In this document: piece after piece, positions 56,168 to 64,000 of the stretch | Layout: each line of letters starts with the position of its first letter | Position numbering within the stretch: the first letter of the stretch is position 1 | Source: a virus | IMG/VR virus record: IMGVR_UViG_3300023174_000089 | Span: 1 to 64,000 of that record | Strand: one strand, 5' to 3' | DNA: 64,000 bases | Notes under the pieces: model-generated | What the model was told of the DNA's origin: nothing | Databases searched by the model: none | Seen by the model: the letters and a program-made list of their open reading frames with translations, nothing else | Translations under genes and position numbers: made by a program

Positions 56168-56827
56168 TTAATATTTACCACTTTTCTCATAATATGAAAT
56201 GGCGTTGACTAGACCTGTGATGTGGTCCTCGGTCTTTTGTTTGAATACGATTGGATGGTTATTCTCAACGGCCATAATGATTACTAGGTCGTGGATAGGT
56301 TCACCTATCAACTCCTCATACATCAACGCATAGGCGCTTGTTTGCCAAAAATAATCTTCAATATCTTCATGGCTTTTAACTTTTTTGGATGTTTTGAAAT
56401 CAATTACCGAAAGCACACCATCAAATTCGGCAATACAATCTACACGACCTGCCATATTCAATTGTTTTGACCAAAGTGCCTGTTCTTGGTAATGAATGTT
56501 ATTAATACGATTCAGGTGTGGTTTAATTGATAAGAACATTTCATGTGCATCAGGCATCACATTACCCAAATCTTCATTATTCAAATATCGTTCACATAGT
56601 GTATGAACATTTGTACCACGAGAAGTTGCTTTCTTGGTAATTGCATTAGCAACATCATCACCTACTTTATTACGCCATGCTTGAAAGATGTGTTTCTTTT
56701 GAGCACCAATCACTGTAGTGACTGATGGTAATTTTGTACCATCAGGCAGTTTGTAGAATCGTCTACCATCAGGAAAAGTTTCTGATTGTAAATCTTGTAA
56801 TTGTTTTGGTGGGCAGTAATTAAACAT
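56168..56827 (-). CDS. PD-(D/E)xK exonuclease of T4-like phages
   Basis: R.Y..PDG...PSVTTV, RGT.VH...E.YL, AGRVDCIAE.DG.L.VIDFKTS, YF.Q..AYA.M. Confidence 0.85.
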   Translation of the reverse strand: MFNYCPPKQLQDLQSETFPDGRRFYKLPDGTKLPSVTTVIGAQKKHIFQAWRNKVGDDVANAITKKATSRGTNVHTLCERYLNNEDLGNVMPDAHEMFLSIKPHLNRINNIHYQEQALWSKQLNMAGRVDCIAEFDGVLSVIDFKTSKKVKSHEDIEDYFWQTSAYALMYEELIGEPIHDLVIIMAVENNHPIVFKQKTEDHITGLVNAISYYEKSGKY

Positions 56828-57599
56828 TTTTTTTCGTCAAAAACTTTTCTTTTAATCTATCAAATAATGCTATATCTTCTGGTGTAAGAGTAACAGCATC
56901 TACATTTTTTCTATATTCTTTTGCTTGATTCTCAACTTGAAAGATATTCCCATAATATTTGAAATTTTTGGTGATTTGCCTTGTGTCATAGGCATCCATA
57001 ATTATATGATAACGATCTTCATCTGAATCATTTCTAATTTGGTGCCACAAATTCACCCACAGAATATAAACTGAACCATCAGCTGGCATATGTAGATTTT
57101 CACCTTGGCAGATATGCACACATTTCTTATTTGTAATTAATGGAATATGAATTCTTGCCATATAGTTATTTGTGTCTGAATCTTTATGAACCAAAGATTT
57201 TGAATGTGCCTGTAAACAAGATACCCTTGCTCGTCTAGGATAAAACCCTAATGATTCCAAATCATCCAACACTTCTTTAATATAACCAACACATCCTGCT
57301 GTTGGATTTTTATGTTCAAATCCTTCTGCGACATTCATATATTTCATGGCTTTATAATTATATTGGCCATTTGGAAAAAATACATCATTTGTTTCTTTAT
57401 CATCAGAATGATAAACTTCCCAACCATCTCGCCAATCACCAGTTCTAGACAATAATGTCCAACCACCAAAGCCATGGTATTCTAGTGTTTCAAATTCTTC
57501 ACCTTGAATCTGTTGTTTACCAAGAGTGAATACATTATTCTCAACCTCTTTTCTCAATCGGTCGATATCAACTTTATAATCCAACTTTTCATACCACAT
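56820..57599 (-). CDS. 2OG-Fe(II) oxygenase, Asp/Asn beta-hydroxylase-like (likely start MWYEK at 57599)
   Basis: R.R...L.......HKD...RIHIPLITN...HMPADG.VY......HQ.RN.S..DRYHI: HxD...H triad and 2OG-binding Arg. Confidence 0.75.
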   Translation of the reverse strand: MWYEKLDYKVDIDRLRKEVENNVFTLGKQQIQGEEFETLEYHGFGGWTLLSRTGDWRDGWEVYHSDDKETNDVFFPNGQYNYKAMKYMNVAEGFEHKNPTAGCVGYIKEVLDDLESLGFYPRRARVSCLQAHSKSLVHKDSDTNNYMARIHIPLITNKKCVHICQGENLHMPADGSVYILWVNLWHQIRNDSDEDRYHIIMDAYDTRQITKNFKYYGNIFQVENQAKEYRKNVDAVTLTPEDIALFDRLKEKFLTKKNV

Positions 57600-58162
57600 T
57601 ATAAGTTTCCTGTTTCTTTTAAAATTTGACACACATCTTGATAATAATACTGTGTACCTAGAGTAATGGCAAGCCTTTCACTCAAAACATTATTTGGTTT
57701 TACTGCGTGTGGTCGTGTTACATCAAGTAACCACACTTCATTATCTTTTGCGATGAATGATTCTGTTTTTTCCAAATCGTCCTCTTGGTAGATAAATCCA
57801 TTGGTTTGATTATCTATCTGATAGGTATTTGGTTGTTCATCTTTAAACTTATAAAACTGTGTTAAGCAATTTTCAGTTTTTATATAGAAGTTAATTGTTG
57901 AATTTATACCACTATCGGTGTGAGGAGGTATTGAATGGTTCACTTTCATTAAAGACATGAAGAAGTCTTTACGACATCTTTCCGGCAAAACAGAATATAT
58001 TTGTGGATGTAATAATGAATTCAAGTTTAAATATTGTATGCCTTTAAATTGGCCATCAATATTTACACCGTAAGATATTTGAACATCAAGTGGTTCATAA
58101 CCAGGAACAATGAAATTGTTTTTTAATTTAACAAAACTACTTCTTTGATTTCCATTCTTCAT
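57599..58162 (-). CDS. 2OG-Fe(II) oxygenase-like protein
   Basis: IPPHTDS....INFY...WLLDV..PHAV......R.AITL: HxD...H...R. Confidence 0.65.
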   Translation of the reverse strand: MKNGNQRSSFVKLKNNFIVPGYEPLDVQISYGVNIDGQFKGIQYLNLNSLLHPQIYSVLPERCRKDFFMSLMKVNHSIPPHTDSGINSTINFYIKTENCLTQFYKFKDEQPNTYQIDNQTNGFIYQEDDLEKTESFIAKDNEVWLLDVTRPHAVKPNNVLSERLAITLGTQYYYQDVCQILKETGNL

Positions 58163-58499
58163 ATTGTTTCACGATTTGACATTCATAATCCCAATTAATA
58201 CCTTCATGTGGATTATCCTTAGCGGCTTGCCAAGGTTTACCCAAAATATGTTCGAGAATAGGAATGCCAGGATGTAATATTTTTTCTAATACATCAGCAT
58301 AATCAGTAAACATTTGAAACAACCGCTCTTTATCGGGTTGTTGTAGATTTAAAATGTCGCTGTTCAATTGAGTATCGAAATATTTTACGATATGTTTACG
58401 ATATAACTCAATTTCTTCTTCTGTAACAATACCATCACGGTTGATGTCGGCGTCTGCTACACCATCGTTATTTAAATCAATATCTTTAATATCAGACAT
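58137..58499 (-). CDS. EF-hand-like Ca2+-binding protein
   Basis: DLNNDG and DINRDGIVTEEE (DxNxDG...E) loops. Confidence 0.55.
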   Translation of the reverse strand: MSDIKDIDLNNDGVADADINRDGIVTEEEIELYRKHIVKYFDTQLNSDILNLQQPDKERLFQMFTDYADVLEKILHPGIPILEHILGKPWQAAKDNPHEGINWDYECQIVKQYEEWKSKK

Positions 58500-59475
58500 T
58501 TTCTAATTTCCCCTGAAACAGTTTTTCTTTAAATTCTATTAATTTACTTAGATATAGAGCTGTGTAATAAGTAAAAAATACAAGAGCCCAAATTGTGTAT
58601 ACGGCCAAGACTTGTTGTTTTCTATTTGATTTTGGTTTTGGTGGTATATAACTGACCACTCTACAGATAACTGTACCAATTTTCATAATGATACGACCCA
58701 TGGTGTTATCTTGTTTCAAAACACCCATCTTATAAGCCATATGTTCAGACCAAGGTGTTCCAATCTTAACAGCCATTTCAGTTGCAACAATCTTTTGTTC
58801 AATTTTACGGCGTGATTCTTTTTTGATCCAGAACATAAAATCTGGACCTTTAGCATTCATCCATGATGTAACGATACGAGCCCAACGGATATAACCACGA
58901 TAAACCCTCTTATCTGTTTTACGTAACATCTGGCCATATGCCTGATCAGCTGCCCATATTGTAGAACTCATTAGGCCTTTATCATACAAATCAGCACAAA
59001 CGATCTTAGAACAGTTACATGCACAGTTACAATTAAATGTTGCTGAAGCTGCGGCGCCACAATTGTAGCCTACAGTTGCATTACAGTTACAATTATATCC
59101 AGAAGAACAGTTACAATTGGCTTGAAGATACGATTGTGTATCACAGTTTGTGCAATTTATACCAGAACAATTTGTGCACTGAGATTCAAAGGCACCAAAA
59201 GGTAAACACTGCTGACATTGAATGTTTCCACAGTTACAGTTACAGTTTGTGCAATTTGTAGGAGGACAATTGGTATTTGAACAGTTACCATTATCACAGT
59301 TTCCGTCCATATTTCTCTGATAGTATGCTTTATCTTTAAAAGCATCCATGTTTGGACTGGCTGGAGGATTCTTTAAATAACCATTTAAAAACTGCAAAGA
59401 TGCAGAATATGTTGCACCTAAACCTAGTTCGGTCGTTACATCAGATGTCGATATTTGGCCACTTGGTGTTGTCAT
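58492..59475 (-). CDS. Asn-Cys-repeat protein; putative substrate of the adjacent radical SAM enzyme and oxygenases
   Basis: 22 Cys in residues 60-155, 18 of them as Asn-Cys. Virion-type N-terminus (PSGQIS.SDV..ELG), KIVC...GY..WA domain and a C-terminal hydrophobic helix. Confidence 0.7.
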   Translation of the reverse strand: MTTPSGQISTSDVTTELGLGATYSASLQFLNGYLKNPPASPNMDAFKDKAYYQRNMDGNCDNGNCSNTNCPPTNCTNCNCNCGNIQCQQCLPFGAFESQCTNCSGINCTNCDTQSYLQANCNCSSGYNCNCNATVGYNCGAAASATFNCNCACNCSKIVCADLYDKGLMSSTIWAADQAYGQMLRKTDKRVYRGYIRWARIVTSWMNAKGPDFMFWIKKESRRKIEQKIVATEMAVKIGTPWSEHMAYKMGVLKQDNTMGRIIMKIGTVICRVVSYIPPKPKSNRKQQVLAVYTIWALVFFTYYTALYLSKLIEFKEKLFQGKLENV

Positions 59476-59502
59476 TTTACTGTCCGTTACAATTTATTGT
59501 AG

Positions 59503-59510
59503 TATTTATG
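59503..59510 (-). promoter_or_regulatory. Late promoter-like motif (CATAAATA) upstream of the Cys-rich gene
   Basis: ATAAATA ~28 nt before the ATG, the same spacing as before structural genes. It overlaps the rSAM stop codon, so a chance match is possible. Confidence 0.45.
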
Positions 59511-60951
59511 TTGTTTCCAACCGTGATTTTCCATATACTTCAATACCTTCTACCTGACCTATTTTTTCACTTACGACCTTGATGGGTATAACCTTTTTCT
59601 TTGGTTCCTCTTTGTGTTCATAGATTGTACCAAAAATATCTTGGCGTTCTAGGGGTAGACCTTCCGCCTTAATTAAAGTTGGAATGTAACCACCAGTAAT
59701 TTTCTCAATGGCCAAGGCAAACAATGGTACATTATCTGAATATGAGTTTGCACAAGATATATCCCAAAACTTTTCATCTAGGAACATACAAGCACCTTTA
59801 CATAGGTGTAAAACTGGACAACCGCTACATTCTTTACGATTACTCCAATGTGTAGAACTTTTGATTCGAACATTATCAAAATCATCTAGTGTTCCACTAT
59901 GGTGACTTTCACCATTTTTACCCATTTCTAAAGAACTTACGTTTTGACAGGTCATAACATTACCACGCAGGTCAACAGCAAGGGTGTGTTCATCATCCAT
60001 GCCACACTTTTGACCTAAGAATTTAGAATTTGTGTGTGTTAATACTGAACCAATAAACCCATCGATTTTGGCCAACTGGCCAAAGAATCCTATTTTACCT
60101 TGTGTGGTGAATATATCAGCAAATGCTGTTCTACGATATTCAAAGTGTTCTTGTTTTGTTTGTAATGAATTAACGATACCATCTTCATCATAAGCGTCAA
60201 CAATACCACCTTCACCCAATACAACATTTGGATCACCGGTTAGTTTAACAAACCATTCATAAATTTCTTTACGTGATTTGTTTTTCGAATTCATCATTGG
60301 GTTGAAACTAAATGATTTACCCAATCTACTCATCATACGGTGAAATCCAAGAATTCTTTTCTTGGCTTCTGGATCATCAAATGGATCTGGCCCACGAACT
60401 GATTGTCCTGGTCCATCATGTGATATTGATACGGAGAAATCCATCATCATCAACCAATCAATGATATCATCAGTTAGAATTGACCCGTTGGTAATGATAG
60501 AGAATTGTGGTTTTCTTTTCCAATCAGAAAACTTTTCTGCAATAGTTTCGGCCAAAGGTTTTAATGTTTTCCAATATACAAGTGGTTCACCACCCCAAAA
60601 CTCAACTCTTAAGCCAGACTGTTCATCAAATTCTAGTTTGTTAAATTTTTCCATAAAAGAATCGATATCTTTTTTGGATGTTTCTGGCATTCTTTCAACA
60701 AATTTCTGTGAACAATAATCGCAGGAGTAGTTACAACTCAAACCTAATTGAATTTTAATATGTTTAACTAATCTAGATTTTTTGAGTGGATTATTCTTGT
60801 CGAATGGGACATAAGGTTTTAAACCATGTGGTTGAATATTATTGTATTGTAATATGTTTCCATTTTCATCAGACAATATGTTGGTCATATTATCATAATA
60901 AAAAATCCTCTTATCGTCTTTTGACTTCTCGGTGTGTATTTCAAATAACAT
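59506..60951 (-). CDS. Radical SAM enzyme with SPASM domain (peptide/protein maturase class)
   Basis: CNYSCDYC (CxxxCxxC), FWGGEPL, ITNG, SISHDG; SPASM C...G....C...CxxC-x5-C-x3-C...C. Confidence 0.92.
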   Translation of the reverse strand: MLFEIHTEKSKDDKRIFYYDNMTNILSDENGNILQYNNIQPHGLKPYVPFDKNNPLKKSRLVKHIKIQLGLSCNYSCDYCSQKFVERMPETSKKDIDSFMEKFNKLEFDEQSGLRVEFWGGEPLVYWKTLKPLAETIAEKFSDWKRKPQFSIITNGSILTDDIIDWLMMMDFSVSISHDGPGQSVRGPDPFDDPEAKKRILGFHRMMSRLGKSFSFNPMMNSKNKSRKEIYEWFVKLTGDPNVVLGEGGIVDAYDEDGIVNSLQTKQEHFEYRRTAFADIFTTQGKIGFFGQLAKIDGFIGSVLTHTNSKFLGQKCGMDDEHTLAVDLRGNVMTCQNVSSLEMGKNGESHHSGTLDDFDNVRIKSSTHWSNRKECSGCPVLHLCKGACMFLDEKFWDISCANSYSDNVPLFALAIEKITGGYIPTLIKAEGLPLERQDIFGTIYEHKEEPKKKVIPIKVVSEKIGQVEGIEVYGKSRLETT

Positions 60952-61214
60952 TATTTTTCCTGTAGTCCTTTAGTTGTTCTACTTCTCTTTGTTGTTTTAT
61001 ATATTCTATTAGTTCCTGTCGAACTCTTTCCTTGTTGTGATATTCGTAATATAGCCGCTGTTGTTTTGACATCATTCTTTTTTTGCTCATTAAAACTCCT
61101 ATCGTTATTATTGTATTTTGGAATTTTAGAAGCAGGTTCTACAGGATTAACTTTGCCATTATCTGACCTCCTGATATTAAGTAGATGGGGAATTTGACTA
61201 TTCACTGTTACCAT
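60951..61214 (-). CDS. Hypothetical basic protein
   Basis: ORF coupled to both neighbours; no recognisable motif. Confidence 0.4.
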   Translation of the reverse strand: MVTVNSQIPHLLNIRRSDNGKVNPVEPASKIPKYNNNDRSFNEQKKNDVKTTAAILRISQQGKSSTGTNRIYKTTKRSRTTKGLQEK

Positions 61215-61483
61215 TCTCTAGGCATCTTTGTTTTGTGACCGTGTTTAACAGTATTTTGTGGAACTTTTTCTTTGATACGACCAATAATCTCACGTTCAAA
61301 TCTTGCATCAGGTTGACCAATACCTGGTACTGACATACGCATGCCGTCACCAAACATTGGTACATCTGTAATGTGTCGTTCTAAATGGGGATTATTTTGT
61401 TTGAAACCATCCAACTCCGATATCTTCATCGTGTGGGTTTCTATTTCGTTTGTTGTTTTATTTAAAAAATCATAGGTTGGCAT
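61208..61483 (-). CDS. Conserved T4-like small protein (FmdB-like MPTY N-terminus)
   Basis: MPTYDF.N..T.E......ISE.D.F...NPHL pattern. Confidence 0.6.
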   Translation of the reverse strand: MPTYDFLNKTTNEIETHTMKISELDGFKQNNPHLERHITDVPMFGDGMRMSVPGIGQPDARFEREIIGRIKEKVPQNTVKHGHKTKMPREW

Positions 61484-62085
61484 TAACTATACTCATAGGA
61501 AAGTGATTCACGAACATTTTGTGACCACTCTTTCATAAAAGGTGGCACCTCTCTCTTATTTATCTTACCTTTCCATGACCACATTCTCTGTTTTTCCATG
61601 ATATAGTAATTGCGATAAGACTTCAATGAATCACCTGGTACCTTACAAGCATCAGGCATGGCAGGTGTAGGACCAGTAAAACTTACTGCCTTTGGTATGT
61701 TGTTTGGTAGATTCCAAAATAAAGCTTTGACCAAACCATCAGATTCACATTTGTGAACTTTACCATAACGATAGGTGTATTCTTTACATAACTCATTTAA
61801 CAATTTGCTTAACCAAATGTAATTTGAATCTGATTGGCGGCACCATACGGCTGATGGATGATTTACATGAGTGGCTGAATAAAGAATCGTTTCTCTTTCA
61901 TCAGGTAAAATCCAGCGTTTCACTTTACGACCAGTTTTCGATTCAGCAATGGTTTCTTTGCCGTCAATGATACGGTGTGCCGTTGATAATAGTTGGCAAT
62001 ATTCTAGAATCATTTTTACAACGTGCTTATCAACATGATATTGAGCACATTTCACAGGATCATAATCAAGATAAAAAATATTCAT
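61483..62085 (-). CDS. Pyrimidine-dimer DNA glycosylase/DenV-related protein
   Basis: MNIFYLD.DP..CA..H.DKHVVKMILE..QLLSTAH, H.NHPS..W.R, L..EYT.RYGK.H, AMPD, YR.YY. Confidence 0.75.
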   Translation of the reverse strand: MNIFYLDYDPVKCAQYHVDKHVVKMILEYCQLLSTAHRIIDGKETIAESKTGRKVKRWILPDERETILYSATHVNHPSAVWCRQSDSNYIWLSKLLNELCKEYTYRYGKVHKCESDGLVKALFWNLPNNIPKAVSFTGPTPAMPDACKVPGDSLKSYRNYYIMEKQRMWSWKGKINKREVPPFMKEWSQNVRESLSYEYS

Positions 62086-62366
62086 AGCATTCTAATTAAG
62101 CCGATTGTATCAATAGTAGTAAGTAAAACGTAATTAGCAACCATGCCAAATGATTTACGAGTATAAGCAGCCCAACCATACATAGCACAACCAAGGATCC
62201 AAATAGGGTATAGAATAAGTAGGGGCGGGTTTGGTACTGTAAGAGCCATTGTGATAGAGCATCCAATAGAGATTGCCCATGCCAAGAGCTCCACAACAAA
62301 GCGGAACTTACCAGATTTCCAATCATCACGAATCCAATCAAATAAATTATAAAATAAATCGTTCAC
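62082..62366 (-). CDS. Small membrane protein
   Basis: Three hydrophobic segments. Confidence 0.6.
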   Translation of the reverse strand: MNDLFYNLFDWIRDDWKSGKFRFVVELLAWAISIGCSITMALTVPNPPLLILYPIWILGCAMYGWAAYTRKSFGMVANYVLLTTIDTIGLIRML

Positions 62367-62633
62367 TTAACACTCATCAGACCTGATTATACTCTTTCTG
62401 CCAGAAAAAATAGAATCCAAATCATCTAAATCATCATCTTCAACAATTTTTTGATCAGGCTTTACAACTTCTAAGTAACCGTCTAAATGAAAACCACAAC
62501 CACGCAGAAAGGTTTCAAACTCACCAACCACACCATCTAGTGTATCAGCATTGAATTCAAATGTTCTTTTAGTAACGATTGTGTCACCAAATGGTGATGG
62601 TTCATCTTCACAGACAAATGTAAATTTACTCAT
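62367..62633 (-). CDS. Hypothetical phage protein
   Basis: EF.A..L..V...FE.FLRGCGF motif; coupled ORF. Confidence 0.6.
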   Translation of the reverse strand: MSKFTFVCEDEPSPFGDTIVTKRTFEFNADTLDGVVGEFETFLRGCGFHLDGYLEVVKPDQKIVEDDDLDDLDSIFSGRKSIIRSDEC

Positions 62634-62884
62634 AGTTTTGGAATTTCCAATTCAGCAGGTTTCTTTTTTGGTGGAAAACGTTTTGCAATATCTTCGGCTG
62701 ATACAGTTTGCATTGCAAATTGTTTGAATTGGTCATATGAATCTTTTACTTTCATAATACTACCATGTGTCATAAACAATGCACAACCACCATCAACTAG
62801 AGGAGCAATTTCACCAACCCTATCTAAATTGATAATAATTTTACACGATTTTTCTACTGATTCAACTTCAACAAATAATGCCAT
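62630..62884 (-). CDS. Hypothetical protein
   Basis: AAGGAG RBS; coupled ORF. Confidence 0.55.
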   Translation of the reverse strand: MALFVEVESVEKSCKIIINLDRVGEIAPLVDGGCALFMTHGSIMKVKDSYDQFKQFAMQTVSAEDIAKRFPPKKKPAELEIPKL

Positions 62885-63054
62885 CACTCATCTCCTTTAT
62901 CAGACTTCATAGTTAACTTGGCCATCTTGGCACGTTTTTCGGATACTTCTGCTTCAATCATCATATTCTTCCAATGTCCACGTTTATCTGCCGGCATAAG
63001 TGCCAATATTCTTTTGGACGATTTACTTAATTTAAAATCTTTGTTGGTTTTCAT
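62884..63054 (-). CDS. 56-aa hypothetical protein (absent from ORF track)
   Basis: MKTNKDFKLSKSSKRILALMPADKRGHWKNMMIEAEVSEKRAKMAKLTMKSDKGDE; fills the gap with start/stop overlaps. Confidence 0.6.
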   Translation of the reverse strand: MKTNKDFKLSKSSKRILALMPADKRGHWKNMMIEAEVSEKRAKMAKLTMKSDKGDE

Positions 63055-63317
63055 TTACCTGCCTTTTGAACTAATTCAACTTTATCACAATCTTTTACAC
63101 GAACTAACAGCGTATCAGTTTGATTCAATGGTCGAACAAAAAAACATTCGCCTTTAACTGACCAAACCAATTTATTCTGTATGCCGCCATCAAAATTACC
63201 GTTGACTGGCAAATTCATAAAATATGGTGTGTAGTAAAATGTTAAACCAAACACAACAACAGCTACAAAAAATAAAGTTTTATTTAATTGTAACCATTCA
63301 TTAATTTTTTTAAACAT
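63051..63317 (-). CDS. Hypothetical protein with N-terminal transmembrane helix
   Basis: Hydrophobic segment followed by a small Cys-pair domain. Confidence 0.55.
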   Translation of the reverse strand: MFKKINEWLQLNKTLFFVAVVVFGLTFYYTPYFMNLPVNGNFDGGIQNKLVWSVKGECFFVRPLNQTDTLLVRVKDCDKVELVQKAGK

Positions 63318-63546
63318 GAATCAATCCTTGAGTATATAATACTAACATTATACTAGCAAATACTGCCAATGTCAATAGAATTAAGGTAAACTTCTGTGAT
63401 TCTTCTTGGTAATATTCCATTTCTCTTTGAATCATTTCGTGTTGAGCTAGAACCATATTAGGCACATCTGGTTCCATCATATTGATTGTTTTTTGTGATG
63501 ATTCGAAACGCTTCAATGCCTGCCAATAACGATAATATGATATCAT
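63310..63546 (-). CDS. Hypothetical membrane-anchored protein (likely start MISYY)
   Basis: ATG follows the upstream stop; C-terminal transmembrane helix. Confidence 0.5.
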   Translation of the reverse strand: MISYYRYWQALKRFESSQKTINMMEPDVPNMVLAQHEMIQREMEYYQEESQKFTLILLTLAVFASIMLVLYTQGLIHV

Positions 63547-63547
63547 A

Positions 63548-64000
63548 TCAATCCCAAAGGTTTTCGTAATACTTTCCAAATAGTCTAAATGCGTTACGCT
63601 TTCTTTCATTGTGTGCGTTGAGGCCGTCCCAATCTACTTTTGGTCCAACATAATCTTCATGCCATGGCAACTTGCCTTTACTTTCAGAGTGGTCAAAGAA
63701 CTTACTTTCTGCATCATCAATTACTTTCTGTTCAAATGCCCAAATCATTTCATCTAACACATATTGCCAGCGTTGGTGAATCATGTCATCTTCACTTGAT
63801 TCTAAAGCTTGAATAGAAGGATCAACCATCTTTTTACTTTTCTTTTTGCCACTACGCATTTCAGCCGGCACATCTTCTTCATCAACAAAAGGTGAACCAT
63901 GAGATTCTGCTTTGAGTTGCTTCAGCATTGGTAGAATGATATAAGCCAAAGTGTGATCCATCGACCATGTATCCCAACGGTCAATCTTTACATAATCAAT
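63548..64000 (-). CDS. Conserved hypothetical phage protein (5' end outside the window)
   Basis: IDRWDTWSMDHTLA.II.PML.QLK...HG.P, W..VLDEMIWAF, FRLFGKY...LWD. Confidence 0.7.
   Translation of the reverse strand: MDYVKIDRWDTWSMDHTLAYIILPMLKQLKAESHGSPFVDEEDVPAEMRSGKKKSKKMVDPSIQALESSEDDMIHQRWQYVLDEMIWAFEQKVIDDAESKFFDHSESKGKLPWHEDYVGPKVDWDGLNAHNERKRNAFRLFGKYYENLWD

Noticed and set aside
56168-56827. Cas4 / CRISPR adaptation gene
   Set aside because: It lacks the Cas4 Fe-S cysteine set and matches the usual T4-like exonuclease in its typical neighbourhood.
59506-60951. rSAM as a cofactor or DNA-modification enzyme (QueE, NrdG, MoaA) or sulfatase maturase
   Set aside because: It has a full SPASM domain, no queuosine, NrdD or sulfatase genes are nearby, and a Cys-rich ORF is adjacent. 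A peptide maturase role is favoured but not proven.

Overview
This 64-kb window is part of an AT-rich, T4-like myovirus genome, probably an uncultured aquatic phage of a proteobacterial host. From 1 to about 46.5 kb (minus strand) lies a late structural region. It holds a large accessory fibre/adhesin array (repeated fibre + RCC1-propeller cassettes, Mtd-N-like fibres, an S74-chaperone fibre), a VrlC/DUF4815-type protein, baseplate gp8/gp7/gp6/gp25, three collagen-like genes behind a GT4 glycosyltransferase, a split gp5, gp53 and gp48. A plus-strand block (46.5-52.1 kb) carries gp4, gp2, gp54, gp26, an un-called gp51 and two paralogous tape-measure-like genes. The rest (minus strand) carries gp32, a nucleotidase, gp59, gp33, a SleB hydrolase, an exonuclease, a DenV-like glycosylase and small ORFs. 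Main findings: (1) a five-gene peptide-modification cluster (radical SAM/SPASM enzyme, an Asn-Cys-repeat substrate with a virion-type N-terminus and late promoter, an EF-hand protein, two 2OG-Fe(II) oxygenases); (2) a circularly permuted two-piece tmRNA gene (tag ANDNKFALAA) absent from the ORF track; (3) a U_UUU_UUC slippery site that would fuse gp26 to a start-less gp51 by -1 frameshift, like lambda G/GT; (4) a recurring C-terminal DGGxF / next-gene N-terminal domain pattern and an apparently split Ig-like domain, suggesting plug-and-socket assembly of fibres. All family assignments come from motif recognition by eye; no searches were run.
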